Source: an uncultured Muribaculaceae bacterium
GTDB lineage: Bacteria > Bacteroidota > Bacteroidia > Bacteroidales > Muribaculaceae
Direction of reading: 5' to 3'
DNA: 64,000 nucleotides
Assembly (NCBI GenBank): GCA_910586455.1
Contig: CAJUHX010000003.1
Location: forward strand, 1,190-65,189
In this document: in pieces, positions 17,752-27,643 of the stretch
Numbering within the stretch: the stretch's first letter is position 1
Layout of the letters: each line of letters starts with the position of its first letter
Made by a program: the position numbers and the translations under genes
The notes under the pieces: generated by a model
Told to the model about the DNA's origin: nothing
Databases searched by the model: none
What the model saw: only the letters and a program-made list of their open reading frames with translations

Positions 17752-18306
17752 ATGCTCTGAAAAAAAATGTTCGATTTTTTTTACCGCGAGATGGTATGAG
17801 GTTTTAAGGGCGCCTACACTGGTACCGAGGATTTCTGAAATCTGCTCGTATTTCATGTCGTCGTAGTACTTCATGTTGAACACGAGGCGCTGCTTTTCGG
17901 GCAGGGTTGCCACGGCCTTGCGGAGTTCTTGTGCCAGGCGGTCGCCGTCGATATGTTCGTCGGCTTCTATTTCGTTTACCAGCTGCTGTTGCTGGTCGTC
18001 GATACTGATGCTCTGGCGGCGGCGTTCGCGTTCAAGAAAGCTGATTGCTTCGTTTATGGCTATTTTGTACAGCCATGTCGACAGCTTGGCTTCGCCACGG
18101 AAGTTCTCCAGCGAGCTCCAGGCTTTGATGAAGGTGTTCTGCAGCAGGTCGTCGGCATCGTCGTGACGCGGAACCATACGGCGTATCTGTCGGTACAGAT
18201 GCTCGGAGTACAGGCGCACCACCTCACCGAATGCCTGACGGCACTGCGACGGTTGCCGCAGCCGCTCGGTTAACATGAGTTCTTCTTCTGTGCTGATAAC
18301 TGCCAT
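17749..18306 (-). CDS. ECF RNA polymerase sigma factor (RpoE-like)
   Basis: DADDLLQNTFIKAW, STWLYKIAIN, LPEKQRLVF and EILGTSVGALKTSYH motifs; likely start at 18306. Confidence 0.93.
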   Translation of the reverse strand: MAVISTEEELMLTERLRQPSQCRQAFGEVVRLYSEHLYRQIRRMVPRHDDADDLLQNTFIKAWSSLENFRGEAKLSTWLYKIAINEAISFLERERRRQSISIDDQQQQLVNEIEADEHIDGDRLAQELRKAVATLPEKQRLVFNMKYYDDMKYEQISEILGTSVGALKTSYHLAVKKIEHFFSEH

Positions 18307-18420
18307 GATTGGTGGGGTGTAATATGCTTTTGAGTTCAAATTTACGCTTTTTTTTTCAGTTTCCGCGCTTTCGGGGGCAAGTTTAAGCATTTTTTGCCAA
18401 ATTAGGCGTATCTTTGCACA

Positions 18421-20631
18421 GTGAAACGATATATACCTATTATTATAGCCGCATGTATGCCTGCGGGGGCTGCGGCACAATCCGATTCTCTGGTCGACGG
18501 ACACCTGTTACTGCGCCAGGTGGAGGTGGAAGGGGTAAAACAGACCGTCCGCTCCGACGCCATGGCTGTGACAGATATATCGCAGGCCATGATAAACCGT
18601 CTGGGCATTTCCGCCATAAAGGATGTGGGCGAGATTGCGCCTAATTTCTACATGCCCGACTATGGTTCGCGCATGACTTCGAGTATTTATGTGCGTGGCC
18701 TTGGCTCGCGCATGGATCAGCCCGTAGTAGGCCTGCAGGTCGACGGTGTACCATATTTAAATAAGGATGCTTTTGACTTTGACATTTTCGACATAGCCTC
18801 GATTGAGGTTCTGCGCGGCGCCCGCGCCACCCTCAACGGACGCAACAGCATGGGCGGCCGCATTGTAGTCACTACGCTGTCGCCGTGGCAGACCGAGGGT
18901 GTGCGTGCTCTGGTGGAATATGGCCGCTTCAACAGCCTGCGCGGCGGTGCGGGCTGGTACAGCAGGCTGTCGCCCTCGCTGGCCACTTCGGTCACTGCCC
19001 AGTACAGCTCGGGCAATGGGCCCTGGCACAACAGCCACACCAACGAACGCGTGGGCGACAACCGCCAGGCCGACGGACGCTGGAAACTGTCGTGGCGCCC
19101 CAATACCTGGCTGTCGCTTACCAACACGGCATCGCTGAGCGAGGCCACGCAGGACGGCTACCCTTACCGCTCGCTGGAGCTGCCCGAAATTGCATACGCC
19201 GATACATGTTCGTACAGGCGCCTGCTCTTTGCCGACGGCCTCACAGCTGTGTTTGCCGGAAAACGTATGGTAGTGACCTCGACTACATCGTTCCAGTACA
19301 TGAGCGACGACATGCGCCTTGACCAGGATTTTCTGCCTGCCGACTATTTTACCTTGCGCCAGAAGCGCCACGAGTTCACCTTCTCGGAAGATATGTTCGC
19401 CAAGGGCTCGCGCGGCAGCTACGACTGGCTGGGGGGCGTGTTTATGTTCAGCCGCTCGACCGACATGCACGCACCGGTAAGCTTCAAGGACACCGGCATT
19501 TCGGAACTGATTGAGAATCGCCACAACGGATTCAATGTGGAGAACCCCATCGAGTGGTTCACGCGTCGATTTACTCTGGGCAGCGATTTTGAAATGGGCA
19601 ACACGGGCTTCGCCCTCTATCACCAGAGCACCTACACTCTTGGCGACTGGATATTCGACGCAGGTGTACGCTGGGATATCGAGCGCTCCACCCTCAGCTA
19701 CCACAGCTACTGCAACACCGGCTATAACACCTGGCATATACTGCCCGACGGCAGCCGCGAGCTGTTAGAGCGCACTCCGGTTATTATCAACGACCGCGAC
19801 CGTCTTAGCCGGACATTCAACGAGTTGCTGCCCAAGATCACTGTTACCTGGCATCGTCCCTGGGGCCATATCTACGCCGATGTAACCAAGGCCTATAAGG
19901 CCGGCGGCTTCAACACGCAGATGTTCAGCGATGTACTGCAGCAGCGCATCATGAACATAATGGGCATGGGTATGCAGTACAGCCTCGACGAGATTGTGAG
20001 CTACAAGCCCGAAAAGAGCTGGAACTACGAGCTGGGCGCATCGGCGTCGCTGGCCGGCGGACGCCTCGACCTCAGTGCCACGGCCTTTGTAATCGACTGC
20101 CGCGACCAGCAACTGACCGTATTTCCTGACGGCTCCACCACCGGACGCATAATGACCAATGCCGGACGTACCCTGAGCCGTGGCCTGGAACTCAGCGCCG
20201 ACTGGGCCGCGCTGGAGCAACTGAAATTGCGTGGCGCGTGGGGCTACACCAAGGCCACTTTCACAAAATTCAACAACGGCATAAGCGACTTCAGCGGCAA
20301 ACGTGTGCCTTATGCCCCGACCAACACTCTGTATCTGGGCGCGGTATGGATGCCGGAGTTCGATATCGCCGGTGTCCGTCCGGTACTGGACGTGAACCTG
20401 CGCTGCGCCGGCGACATTTATTTCGACGAGGCCAACACAGTGCGCCAGCCTTTCTACGCCGTACCGAACTGTTCGCTTACATTCAACGCCGAGCACTGGA
20501 GTCTGCGCCTGTGGGGCGAGAATATCAGCAACACCCGCTACAGCACATTCTACTTTGTATCGATAGGCAACGCCTTTGTACAGCAATCGCGCCCATGGAG
20601 TATCGGCGCCACGCTGCGGCTGAGAATCTGA
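18421..20631 (+). CDS. TonB-dependent receptor (non-SusC type)
   Basis: Plug motifs IYVRGLGS and IEVLRG; YKAGGFN and PEKSWNYELG; C-terminal beta-strand. Confidence 0.9.
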   Translation: MKRYIPIIIAACMPAGAAAQSDSLVDGHLLLRQVEVEGVKQTVRSDAMAVTDISQAMINRLGISAIKDVGEIAPNFYMPDYGSRMTSSIYVRGLGSRMDQPVVGLQVDGVPYLNKDAFDFDIFDIASIEVLRGARATLNGRNSMGGRIVVTTLSPWQTEGVRALVEYGRFNSLRGGAGWYSRLSPSLATSVTAQYSSGNGPWHNSHTNERVGDNRQADGRWKLSWRPNTWLSLTNTASLSEATQDGYPYRSLELPEIAYADTCSYRRLLFADGLTAVFAGKRMVVTSTTSFQYMSDDMRLDQDFLPADYFTLRQKRHEFTFSEDMFAKGSRGSYDWLGGVFMFSRSTDMHAPVSFKDTGISELIENRHNGFNVENPIEWFTRRFTLGSDFEMGNTGFALYHQSTYTLGDWIFDAGVRWDIERSTLSYHSYCNTGYNTWHILPDGSRELLERTPVIINDRDRLSRTFNELLPKITVTWHRPWGHIYADVTKAYKAGGFNTQMFSDVLQQRIMNIMGMGMQYSLDEIVSYKPEKSWNYELGASASLAGGRLDLSATAFVIDCRDQQLTVFPDGSTTGRIMTNAGRTLSRGLELSADWAALEQLKLRGAWGYTKATFTKFNNGISDFSGKRVPYAPTNTLYLGAVWMPEFDIAGVRPVLDVNLRCAGDIYFDEANTVRQPFYAVPNCSLTFNAEHWSLRLWGENISNTRYSTFYFVSIGNAFVQQSRPWSIGATLRLRI

Positions 20632-20773
20632 GCGACACTTCAAAAATCATGCAAAACATGTACGGCAATTGTACAAAAAAATATCTTTTAACCTTTGGCG
20701 GAGTCCTGAGTGTTGCACGAATAAATTACTATTCGTATTTTTGCAATTCATTTAATCCATACAAGTACGAATA

Positions 20774-21703
20774 ATGAAATTTTTCAGCACTCTCATCGCA
20801 ATTGCAGCAGGCCTCGCGCTCTGCTTCAGCCTAAGCTCATGCAACAACAGTGACGAACCCGAAGAGTTCAAGGTTCAGCAGCAAATCACCGACTCGTTCC
20901 TGCATATCAGCGATTTAAGCAGCATGCGGCCCGAAATGAACTACAAAGGCGTAAGCTATCATATTATCTACGACTATGTAGCCGCCACTGCTGATGTTAC
21001 AATCAAGGGGCTTAAGTTGCCTGACGACACCAAGTATCCGGCACTGACACTTAGCGAAATACCTTTCAAGGTAAACAACGAAGGCGCCCGTGTATTAGAA
21101 GGCACCAATCTGGCAGCTTCGAGCGATGGCTTCACCGCCACCCCGCTTTTCGACTCGTTCAAAATGGTTGTATCCGACCGCCTGGTCGACGGTTACTACT
21201 TCCCGGCTGTATGCATCGAATACACCGTCAACAGCACATATAAGGCTGTTGGCAGCATATTGTCGCAGATATTCGCGGGCACTACCGTGACAACCAACGC
21301 CAACGGCAACAGTTTCTCGAACGAAACTCCGGTGTACGCACTTGAACTCGACCCGCAGACCATGAAGGCCGCACTGACCATCAACAACGCCAAGTTCATA
21401 CAGAGCATGCCGGCCCAGACCATGACATTCGCCGGCATTCCCTACACAGTCAGCACCGGCGGTATCGTAACCCTCGAATCGGCCGAAACCATCATACCAA
21501 CTATCAACAAAGTAGAATTCAAAGCCTTCCCCATCAGCGACCTCAAGGCCGAGTATAACCTTACCACAGGCATGAATCTGGATTTCGTATGCACAATCGA
21601 TAAAAGCCAGATGAACCCTGAAATGGCAGACAAAATCGAAGGCTCGCCCTTTAAAGTAAGCGCCAAGCTACCTTTCAGCAAAAAGACAACCAACGAAAAA
21701 TAA
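20774..21703 (+). CDS. Surface lipoprotein with two tandem calycin-like beta repeats
   Basis: Lipobox LSS-C followed by NNSDEPEE; two similar A.lTI..k..tl..IP segments. Confidence 0.6.
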   Translation: MKFFSTLIAIAAGLALCFSLSSCNNSDEPEEFKVQQQITDSFLHISDLSSMRPEMNYKGVSYHIIYDYVAATADVTIKGLKLPDDTKYPALTLSEIPFKVNNEGARVLEGTNLAASSDGFTATPLFDSFKMVVSDRLVDGYYFPAVCIEYTVNSTYKAVGSILSQIFAGTTVTTNANGNSFSNETPVYALELDPQTMKAALTINNAKFIQSMPAQTMTFAGIPYTVSTGGIVTLESAETIIPTINKVEFKAFPISDLKAEYNLTTGMNLDFVCTIDKSQMNPEMADKIEGSPFKVSAKLPFSKKTTNEK

Positions 21704-21714
21704 TTTCTCTCTCA

Positions 21715-21745
21715 TTCACGGTCGCGCCTTATGCGCGGCCGTGAA
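21715..21745 (+). terminator. Hairpin after the lipoprotein gene
   Basis: TTCACGGTCGCGC-cttat-GCGCGGCCGTGAA. Confidence 0.6.
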
Positions 21746-21779
21746 ATCATTTAACAGGCTTTAAGTTTACATAATTATC

Positions 21780-23759
21780 ATGAAAACAAATCTCAGTTCA
21801 CAAATCAAGCTCGACCGTGTGCCTCGTCGTTATTACGCACCGGAAAGCGACCTCGAACTGGCCGCACTTACACGTGAGGAAAAAGTACAGACCAAAATAT
21901 ACGAAACCCCCGACGATGCCAGCGAGCAACTTGCCCGCCGTATCGCAGATGAAATCCGCCGCTGCGTGGCTGCCAAGAACCGCTGCGTGATGGCATTGGG
22001 CGCCGGACGCTCCACCCACCCTGTATATGCCCGTCTGATTGCGATGCACCAGCGAGGTGAACTGTCGATGGACCGTGTGACTGTATTCAACATAAGCGAA
22101 TTTTTTCCGCTGACACCCGATGGCCCGTCGACCCTGGCCTGCCTGCGCCAGGTGCTTCTCGACCATGTGAACGTTCGCGAAAGCAATATCCATTCGATAA
22201 ACCCGGCAGTGACCATGGAGTCGATGTTCGACTATTGCAAGGAATATGAGCGCAAAATAGCCGACTGCGGCGGCATTGACATAACGGTATGCGAAATCGG
22301 CCCCGCCGGTTCGCTTGCATTCAACGAACCCGGCTCCACAGCTACCTCGCACTGCCGCCTGGTACTTCTGAGCGCCGAAGAGCACCAGATGGTACAGAAT
22401 GCCTACAAGTGCGACGAATGTCCGGCCACAGCCATTACCCTCGGTCTGGCCAACCTACTGTCGGCCAACGCTGTGATGTGCATGGCATGGGGCGAAAACT
22501 CGTCGAAGGTGGTCGAAGAGGCTATCGAAGGTCCTGTTACCGACTCTCTACCGGCCAGCTTCCTGCAGATGCACCAGAACGCCCATATTACCCTTGACCT
22601 GTCGGCAGCCGACGACCTCACCCGCATATCGCATCCCTGGATGGTGACCAGCTGCGAATGGACACCCAAGCAGGTACGCCGCGCCATAGTATGGCTCTGC
22701 GGTGTCACCGGCAAACCCATTCTCAAACTCACCAACAAGGACTATAACGACCATGGTCTGGGCAGCCTCGTCGCTACCTGCGGCTCGGCATACAATGTAA
22801 ACATACAGGTATTCAACGAACTGCAGCATACCATCACCGGCTGGCCCGGCGGCAAGCCCAATGCCGACGACACCTCGCGCCCCGAGCGTGCCAACCCCTA
22901 CCCCAAGCGTGTGATTGTGTTCTCGCCCCACCCCGACGACGACGTGATTTCGATGGGCGGCACTCTCAAACGCCTCGTCGATCAGGGCCACGACGTACAC
23001 GTGGCCTACGAAACCTCGGGCAATATTGCCGTAGGCGACGAGGATATGATGCGATACTTCCTGATGATGGACAAGATTGCGCCTATGTTCGGCTTCGACA
23101 CCGAAGAATACCTGAATCTGAGCCGCAACGTACATGCCGGCGTGAACGCCAAGCGCTCTATGACCGACGTAGACTCTCCCGAAGTACGCGACATCAAAAC
23201 CATGATTCGCCAGGCCGAAGCATCGATTGCATGCTCGTACATAGGTGTAAAATCCGAGAATGTGCACTTCCTGCGCCTGCCGTTCTATGAAACAGGCACT
23301 GTGAAGAAAGGCGACCTGTCGGAACGCGACATCAACATAGTAAAAGACCTGCTCGAAAAAGTTAAGCCCCACCAGATATTCGTGGCAGGCGACCTCGCCG
23401 ACCCCCACGGCACCCATCGCGTCTGCACCGATGCCGTTCTGGCCGCAATCGACGAGCTCAAGGACGAAGCATGGATGCAGGACTGCCGCATATGGATGTA
23501 CCGCGGTGCGTGGGCTGAATGGGAAATCGACCACATAGAAATGGCTGTGCCCATATCGCCCGAAGAACTGCGTTTCAAGCGCAACTCTATCCTCAAGCAC
23601 CAAAGCCAGATGGAGAATGCGCCCTTCCTTGGCGACGACGACCGCCTGTTCTGGCAACGTGCCGAGGAGCGTAACCGCGCTACCGCAAAACTCTACGAAA
23701 GCCTGGGTCTGGCCTCGTACGAAGCCATGGAGGCTTTTGTGCAGTACCATCCGCTGTAA
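21780..23759 (+). CDS. Glucosamine-6-phosphate deaminase-like domain fused to a PIG-L/LmbE deacetylase domain (BT_0258-like)
   Basis: FNEPGS NagB fold; SPHPDDDVI and DPHGTH PIG-L motifs. Confidence 0.9.
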   Translation: MKTNLSSQIKLDRVPRRYYAPESDLELAALTREEKVQTKIYETPDDASEQLARRIADEIRRCVAAKNRCVMALGAGRSTHPVYARLIAMHQRGELSMDRVTVFNISEFFPLTPDGPSTLACLRQVLLDHVNVRESNIHSINPAVTMESMFDYCKEYERKIADCGGIDITVCEIGPAGSLAFNEPGSTATSHCRLVLLSAEEHQMVQNAYKCDECPATAITLGLANLLSANAVMCMAWGENSSKVVEEAIEGPVTDSLPASFLQMHQNAHITLDLSAADDLTRISHPWMVTSCEWTPKQVRRAIVWLCGVTGKPILKLTNKDYNDHGLGSLVATCGSAYNVNIQVFNELQHTITGWPGGKPNADDTSRPERANPYPKRVIVFSPHPDDDVISMGGTLKRLVDQGHDVHVAYETSGNIAVGDEDMMRYFLMMDKIAPMFGFDTEEYLNLSRNVHAGVNAKRSMTDVDSPEVRDIKTMIRQAEASIACSYIGVKSENVHFLRLPFYETGTVKKGDLSERDINIVKDLLEKVKPHQIFVAGDLADPHGTHRVCTDAVLAAIDELKDEAWMQDCRIWMYRGAWAEWEIDHIEMAVPISPEELRFKRNSILKHQSQMENAPFLGDDDRLFWQRAEERNRATAKLYESLGLASYEAMEAFVQYHPL

Positions 23760-23767
23760 TATAGATA

Positions 23768-23850
23768 ACACAAAGTACCAGAGGACTCACAAAGATTTTT
23801 TAGACTATGGATCTAAATTTTTCGCTGTGAGTCCTCTGTGTATTCTGTGT
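23768..23850. repeat. Long imperfect inverted repeat (REP-like / terminator)
   Basis: CAGAGGACTCACA (23779-91) / TGTGAGTCCTCTG (23826-38), with inner TTTAGA/TCTAAA and outer extensions. Confidence 0.7.
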
Positions 23851-23916
23851 GAAGTTTATAGCCGTTAACAAATTTTATGTGGCCGCAAGCAAATAGTGAC
23901 GGCGTAAATTTGCGGC

Positions 23917-24360
23917 ATGGAAACACATATAGGTCAGGCGCTTGAGAAGTCGCGCCGAAATATTACTGAAATTATAGTACACTGCACCGCTACTCACGCC
24001 GGACGTGGAGTGAGCGTGTCCGACATCGACTGCTGGCACCGCCAAAGGGGATTCAACGGCATTGGCTACCATTATGTTGTCAGCCTCGACGGCCGCATTG
24101 GCCAAGGACGCCCGGTGCATTTAGCAGGTGCCCACTGCAAGGGCCATAACAGCAATTCGATAGGTGTGGTGTACGTGGGCGGACTGGATACCAACGGACG
24201 CGCCGCCGACACTCGGACTGCGGCTCAGCGAAAGGCCCTCGCCGAATTGCTCGGCAACCTGCGCAAACTCTATCCGGGGGCTGCAATACACGGACACCGC
24301 GATTTCGCGGCCAAGGACTGCCCATGCTTCGACGCCACCAAAGAGTATGCCACCCTATGA
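23917..24360 (+). CDS. N-acetylmuramoyl-L-alanine amidase (T7 lysozyme / Amidase_2)
   Basis: IIVHCTA, IGYHYVV, GAHCKGHN and HGHRDFAAKDCPCFD motifs; no signal peptide. Confidence 0.93.
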   Translation: METHIGQALEKSRRNITEIIVHCTATHAGRGVSVSDIDCWHRQRGFNGIGYHYVVSLDGRIGQGRPVHLAGAHCKGHNSNSIGVVYVGGLDTNGRAADTRTAAQRKALAELLGNLRKLYPGAAIHGHRDFAAKDCPCFDATKEYATL

Positions 24361-24764
24361 GAACGGCAATCATACTCTTAGTCCTGCTGCTTACAGCCTG
24401 TGGCAGCAGGCAACACACAGTACGGGATTCGACTACGCTGGATTTCAACAAACAGGTAAGCCTGAAAGATTCTCTCGACGTCCGGATGAGGATTGACAGC
24501 CGTACGGAAATCGATTCGCTTAGCATAAGCGTGGGGCTTGACTCATTGCAACGGCCTACCCGGGTGCGGGTGAAAGCGCACGGAATCAAACGGCGCGACA
24601 GCATCTCCACCCAAGTGGCCGAAACCCGCTGCAGCCAATCGGCCGACAGCGTAAAAATCAGACGCTATGGCGAACTACAGGAACGCAAAAGTTCCGGCCG
24701 TCACCGGTACATGCTTTATATAGCCCTGACACTGCTGCTGATTACATTGTGGAATAGAAGATAA
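24357..24764 (+). CDS. Lipoprotein with C-terminal TM helix (unimolecular spanin-like)
   Basis: ATGA overlap with the amidase; MRTAIILLVLLLTA-C lipobox; C-terminal YMLYIALTLLLITLW-NRR. Confidence 0.65.
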   Translation: MRTAIILLVLLLTACGSRQHTVRDSTTLDFNKQVSLKDSLDVRMRIDSRTEIDSLSISVGLDSLQRPTRVRVKAHGIKRRDSISTQVAETRCSQSADSVKIRRYGELQERKSSGRHRYMLYIALTLLLITLWNRR

Positions 24765-24900
24765 TCTTATTTTTCTGTGCGCTTTTGTGTGATAATTTCA
24801 AAATGGCATGTTTTTGCCGGATAGACGAAACAAAGGTGAAATGGCACTTGTTAGAATTGTAAAGATTTAGTAACTTTGCACATTAATTCCCATTCACCAC

Positions 24901-25893
24901 ATGATTGAACGCATAATTATCATCGACAAGGTAGACCCGGTAAGTTTCTATGGTGTTAACAATGCCAATATGCACCTGATACGCAACCTCTTTCCGAAAC
25001 TGAGAGTGGCTGCGCGCGGCTCGGTCATAAAGGTGATTGGCGAGGATGCCGAAACAGCGGAATTCGAAGATAAAATCAAGCAGCTGGAAGACTATGCCGA
25101 AAAGTACAATACGCTGCCCGAGGATGTGATTCTGGACATAATCAAGGGCGAGGCTCCAAAGGATATGAAGCGCGACGACGTGATAATCTTCGGCGTCAAC
25201 GGCAAGCCCATCTCGGCCCGTACTCCCAACCAACAGCTGCTGGTAGAACAATTCCGGAACAACGACCTCACTTTCGCCCTTGGCCCGGCCGGCACCGGCA
25301 AGACCTATATAGCCATTGCCCTTGCCGTGCATGCTCTTAAAAACCGCCAGGTGCGCAAAATCATACTGTCGCGTCCGGCAGTAGAAGCCGGCGAGAAATT
25401 AGGTTTTCTGCCCGGCGACATGAAGGACAAAATCGACCCGTATCTGCAACCGCTTTACGATGCGCTGGAAGACATGATTCCGGCAGTAAAGCTGCGTGAA
25501 TACATGGACTGCAAGGTGATACAGATAGCCCCTCTGGCATTTATGCGCGGCCGCACACTGAACGACGCCGTGATAGTGCTCGACGAGGCCCAGAACACCA
25601 CACCCCACCAGCTTAAAATGTTCCTGACCCGTCTGGGTATGAGCGCCAAAATGATAGTAACCGGCGACGTGACTCAGATTGACCTGCCACGCACCACATC
25701 GAGCGGTCTGGTACAGGCTCTTAAAGTACTCGAAGGCGTGCCCGGCATAGGCCGTGTGCAATTCGGCAAAAAAGACATTGTGCGCCACCAGCTGGTACAG
25801 CGCATAGTAGAGGCCTACGAACGGCACGATGCCGAGAAGCCAAAGCCCGACGTTCCTGCCGAACAGACCAATGCCTCCGACGTTAAACGTTAA
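24901..25893 (+). CDS. phoH: PhoH family ATPase
   Basis: [29 protein letters not shown] and DEAQN motifs. Confidence 0.96.
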   Translation: MIERIIIIDKVDPVSFYGVNNANMHLIRNLFPKLRVAARGSVIKVIGEDAETAEFEDKIKQLEDYAEKYNTLPEDVILDIIKGEAPKDMKRDDVIIFGVNGKPISARTPNQQLLVEQFRNNDLTFALGPAGTGKTYIAIALAVHALKNRQVRKIILSRPAVEAGEKLGFLPGDMKDKIDPYLQPLYDALEDMIPAVKLREYMDCKVIQIAPLAFMRGRTLNDAVIVLDEAQNTTPHQLKMFLTRLGMSAKMIVTGDVTQIDLPRTTSSGLVQALKVLEGVPGIGRVQFGKKDIVRHQLVQRIVEAYERHDAEKPKPDVPAEQTNASDVKR

Positions 25894-25927
25894 CCCAAAC
25901 AGAAACCCATTAAAACCAATCATAGCT

Positions 25928-26878
25928 ATGGCAACGACTCTTACAAAAACCGACTTCACTTTCCCCGGCCAGACCGGCGTATATCACGGCAAAGTACGCG
26001 ACGTATACACCATCAACGACTCAATGCTGGTAATGGTGGCCACCGACCGTATATCGGCCTTCGACGTTATCCTGCCCAAAGGTATCCCCTACAAGGGCCA
26101 GGTTCTGAACCAGATTGCCGCCAAATTCCTTGATGCCACCGCACACGCTGTGCCCAACTGGAAACTGGCCACACCCGACCCCATGGTTACAGCAGGACGT
26201 CGTTGCGAAGGCTTCCGCGTGGAAATGATTATCCGCGGCTACCTCACCGGCAGCGCCTGGCGCGACTATGCCGCAGGTGCCCGCGAAATCTGCGGTGTGA
26301 AACTGCCCGATGGCATGCGTGAGAACGAACGCTTCCCCGAACCCATCATCACCCCCACAACCAAGGCCGACGAAGGCCATGACGAGAATATATCGCGCGA
26401 GGAAATAATTGCCCGCGGCATTGTAAGCGAGGAAGACTACAAGGTAATGGAGCAGTACACCCGCACCCTGTTTGAAATCGGCACCCGCATGGCAGCAGAA
26501 AAGGGTCTGATTCTGGTCGATACCAAGTACGAATTCGGCAAGCTCGAAGACAAAGTGATACTCATCGACGAAATCCATACTCCCGACTCGTCGCGCTACT
26601 TCTATGCCGAAGGCTATCAGGAGCGTTTCGAACGCGGCGAGGCACAGCGCCAGCTCTCCAAAGAATTCGTGCGCCAGTGGCTTATCGAGAACGGATTCAT
26701 GGGCAAGCCCGGCCAGACCGTGCCCGAAATGACCGATGAAATCTGCGAGAGCATCTCGCAGCGCTATATCGAACTGTACGAGCACATCACCGGCGAAAAA
26801 TTCGTGCCCGCTCCCGAAGCCGACCTCGAACGCCGTATCGAAACTAATATTCTCGACTGCCTGACCAATCTGAAATAA
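25928..26878 (+). CDS. purC: SAICAR synthase
   Basis: [22 protein letters not shown] and [10 protein letters not shown] motifs. Confidence 0.97.
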   Translation: MATTLTKTDFTFPGQTGVYHGKVRDVYTINDSMLVMVATDRISAFDVILPKGIPYKGQVLNQIAAKFLDATAHAVPNWKLATPDPMVTAGRRCEGFRVEMIIRGYLTGSAWRDYAAGAREICGVKLPDGMRENERFPEPIITPTTKADEGHDENISREEIIARGIVSEEDYKVMEQYTRTLFEIGTRMAAEKGLILVDTKYEFGKLEDKVILIDEIHTPDSSRYFYAEGYQERFERGEAQRQLSKEFVRQWLIENGFMGKPGQTVPEMTDEICESISQRYIELYEHITGEKFVPAPEADLERRIETNILDCLTNLK

Positions 26879-27619
26879 GTGAAAGTCAAGGCCGAACACA
26901 TAAATCCATACGAAGGCGACACACGCGGCAAAACCGAGCAGGTGCGCGACATGTTCGACTCCATATCCGGAGCCTACGACTTCATGAACCGCGCCATGAC
27001 CATGGGAGTAGACCGTCTGTGGCGCCGTACAGCCGTAAACACGGTCCGCCGCCCTGCCCCCCGGCGGGTGGTAGACCTTGCCACGGGCACCGGCGACCTT
27101 GCCATAGCGCTGGCACGCCGCATACCCGGCGCTGAAATCACAGGCTACGACCTGTCGGAAGGCATGCTCGAAATTGGGCGCCGAAAGGTAGAGAAAGCCG
27201 GTCTGTCGGAGCGTATAAGCCTTTATCAGGCCGACTGTCTGGCATTGCCTGCAGCCGACAACAGCGCCGACGCCGTGACCGTAGCTTACGGTGTGCGCAA
27301 CTTCGAGCACCTGCTGGAAGGCTACCGCGAGATGCACCGCATACTGCGCCCGGGAGGCATGCTCTGCGTGCTGGAGCTTTCCACACCCCGCGGGCGCATC
27401 ACGGCCCCGCTGTACCGTTTTTATACTCGCCGCATAATACCTCTGGCAGGGCGTCTGATAAGTCACGACAACCGCGCCTACAGCTACCTGCCCGAGAGCA
27501 TCGCCGCTGTACCTCAGGGAGCCGATATGTGCGCACTGATGGCTGAAGCCGGTTTCAGCGACTGCCGCTTCCGCCCCATGACATTTGGTGCGTGTACAAT
27601 GTACACCGCCGTAAAATAA
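26879..27619 (+). CDS. ubiE: Demethylmenaquinone methyltransferase
   Basis: MFDSI..YDFMN, DLATGTGD, GVRNF and YSYLPESI motifs. Confidence 0.94.
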   Translation: MKVKAEHINPYEGDTRGKTEQVRDMFDSISGAYDFMNRAMTMGVDRLWRRTAVNTVRRPAPRRVVDLATGTGDLAIALARRIPGAEITGYDLSEGMLEIGRRKVEKAGLSERISLYQADCLALPAADNSADAVTVAYGVRNFEHLLEGYREMHRILRPGGMLCVLELSTPRGRITAPLYRFYTRRIIPLAGRLISHDNRAYSYLPESIAAVPQGADMCALMAEAGFSDCRFRPMTFGACTMYTAVK

Positions 27620-27643
27620 CACCAATCCAACAATAACGCGGTA

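Noticed and set aside
24804..24817. Possible sigma-54 promoter TGGCATGTTTTTGC before phoH
   Set aside because: GG-GC spacing is 9, not the required 10; a normal TAACTTTG box is present at 24871
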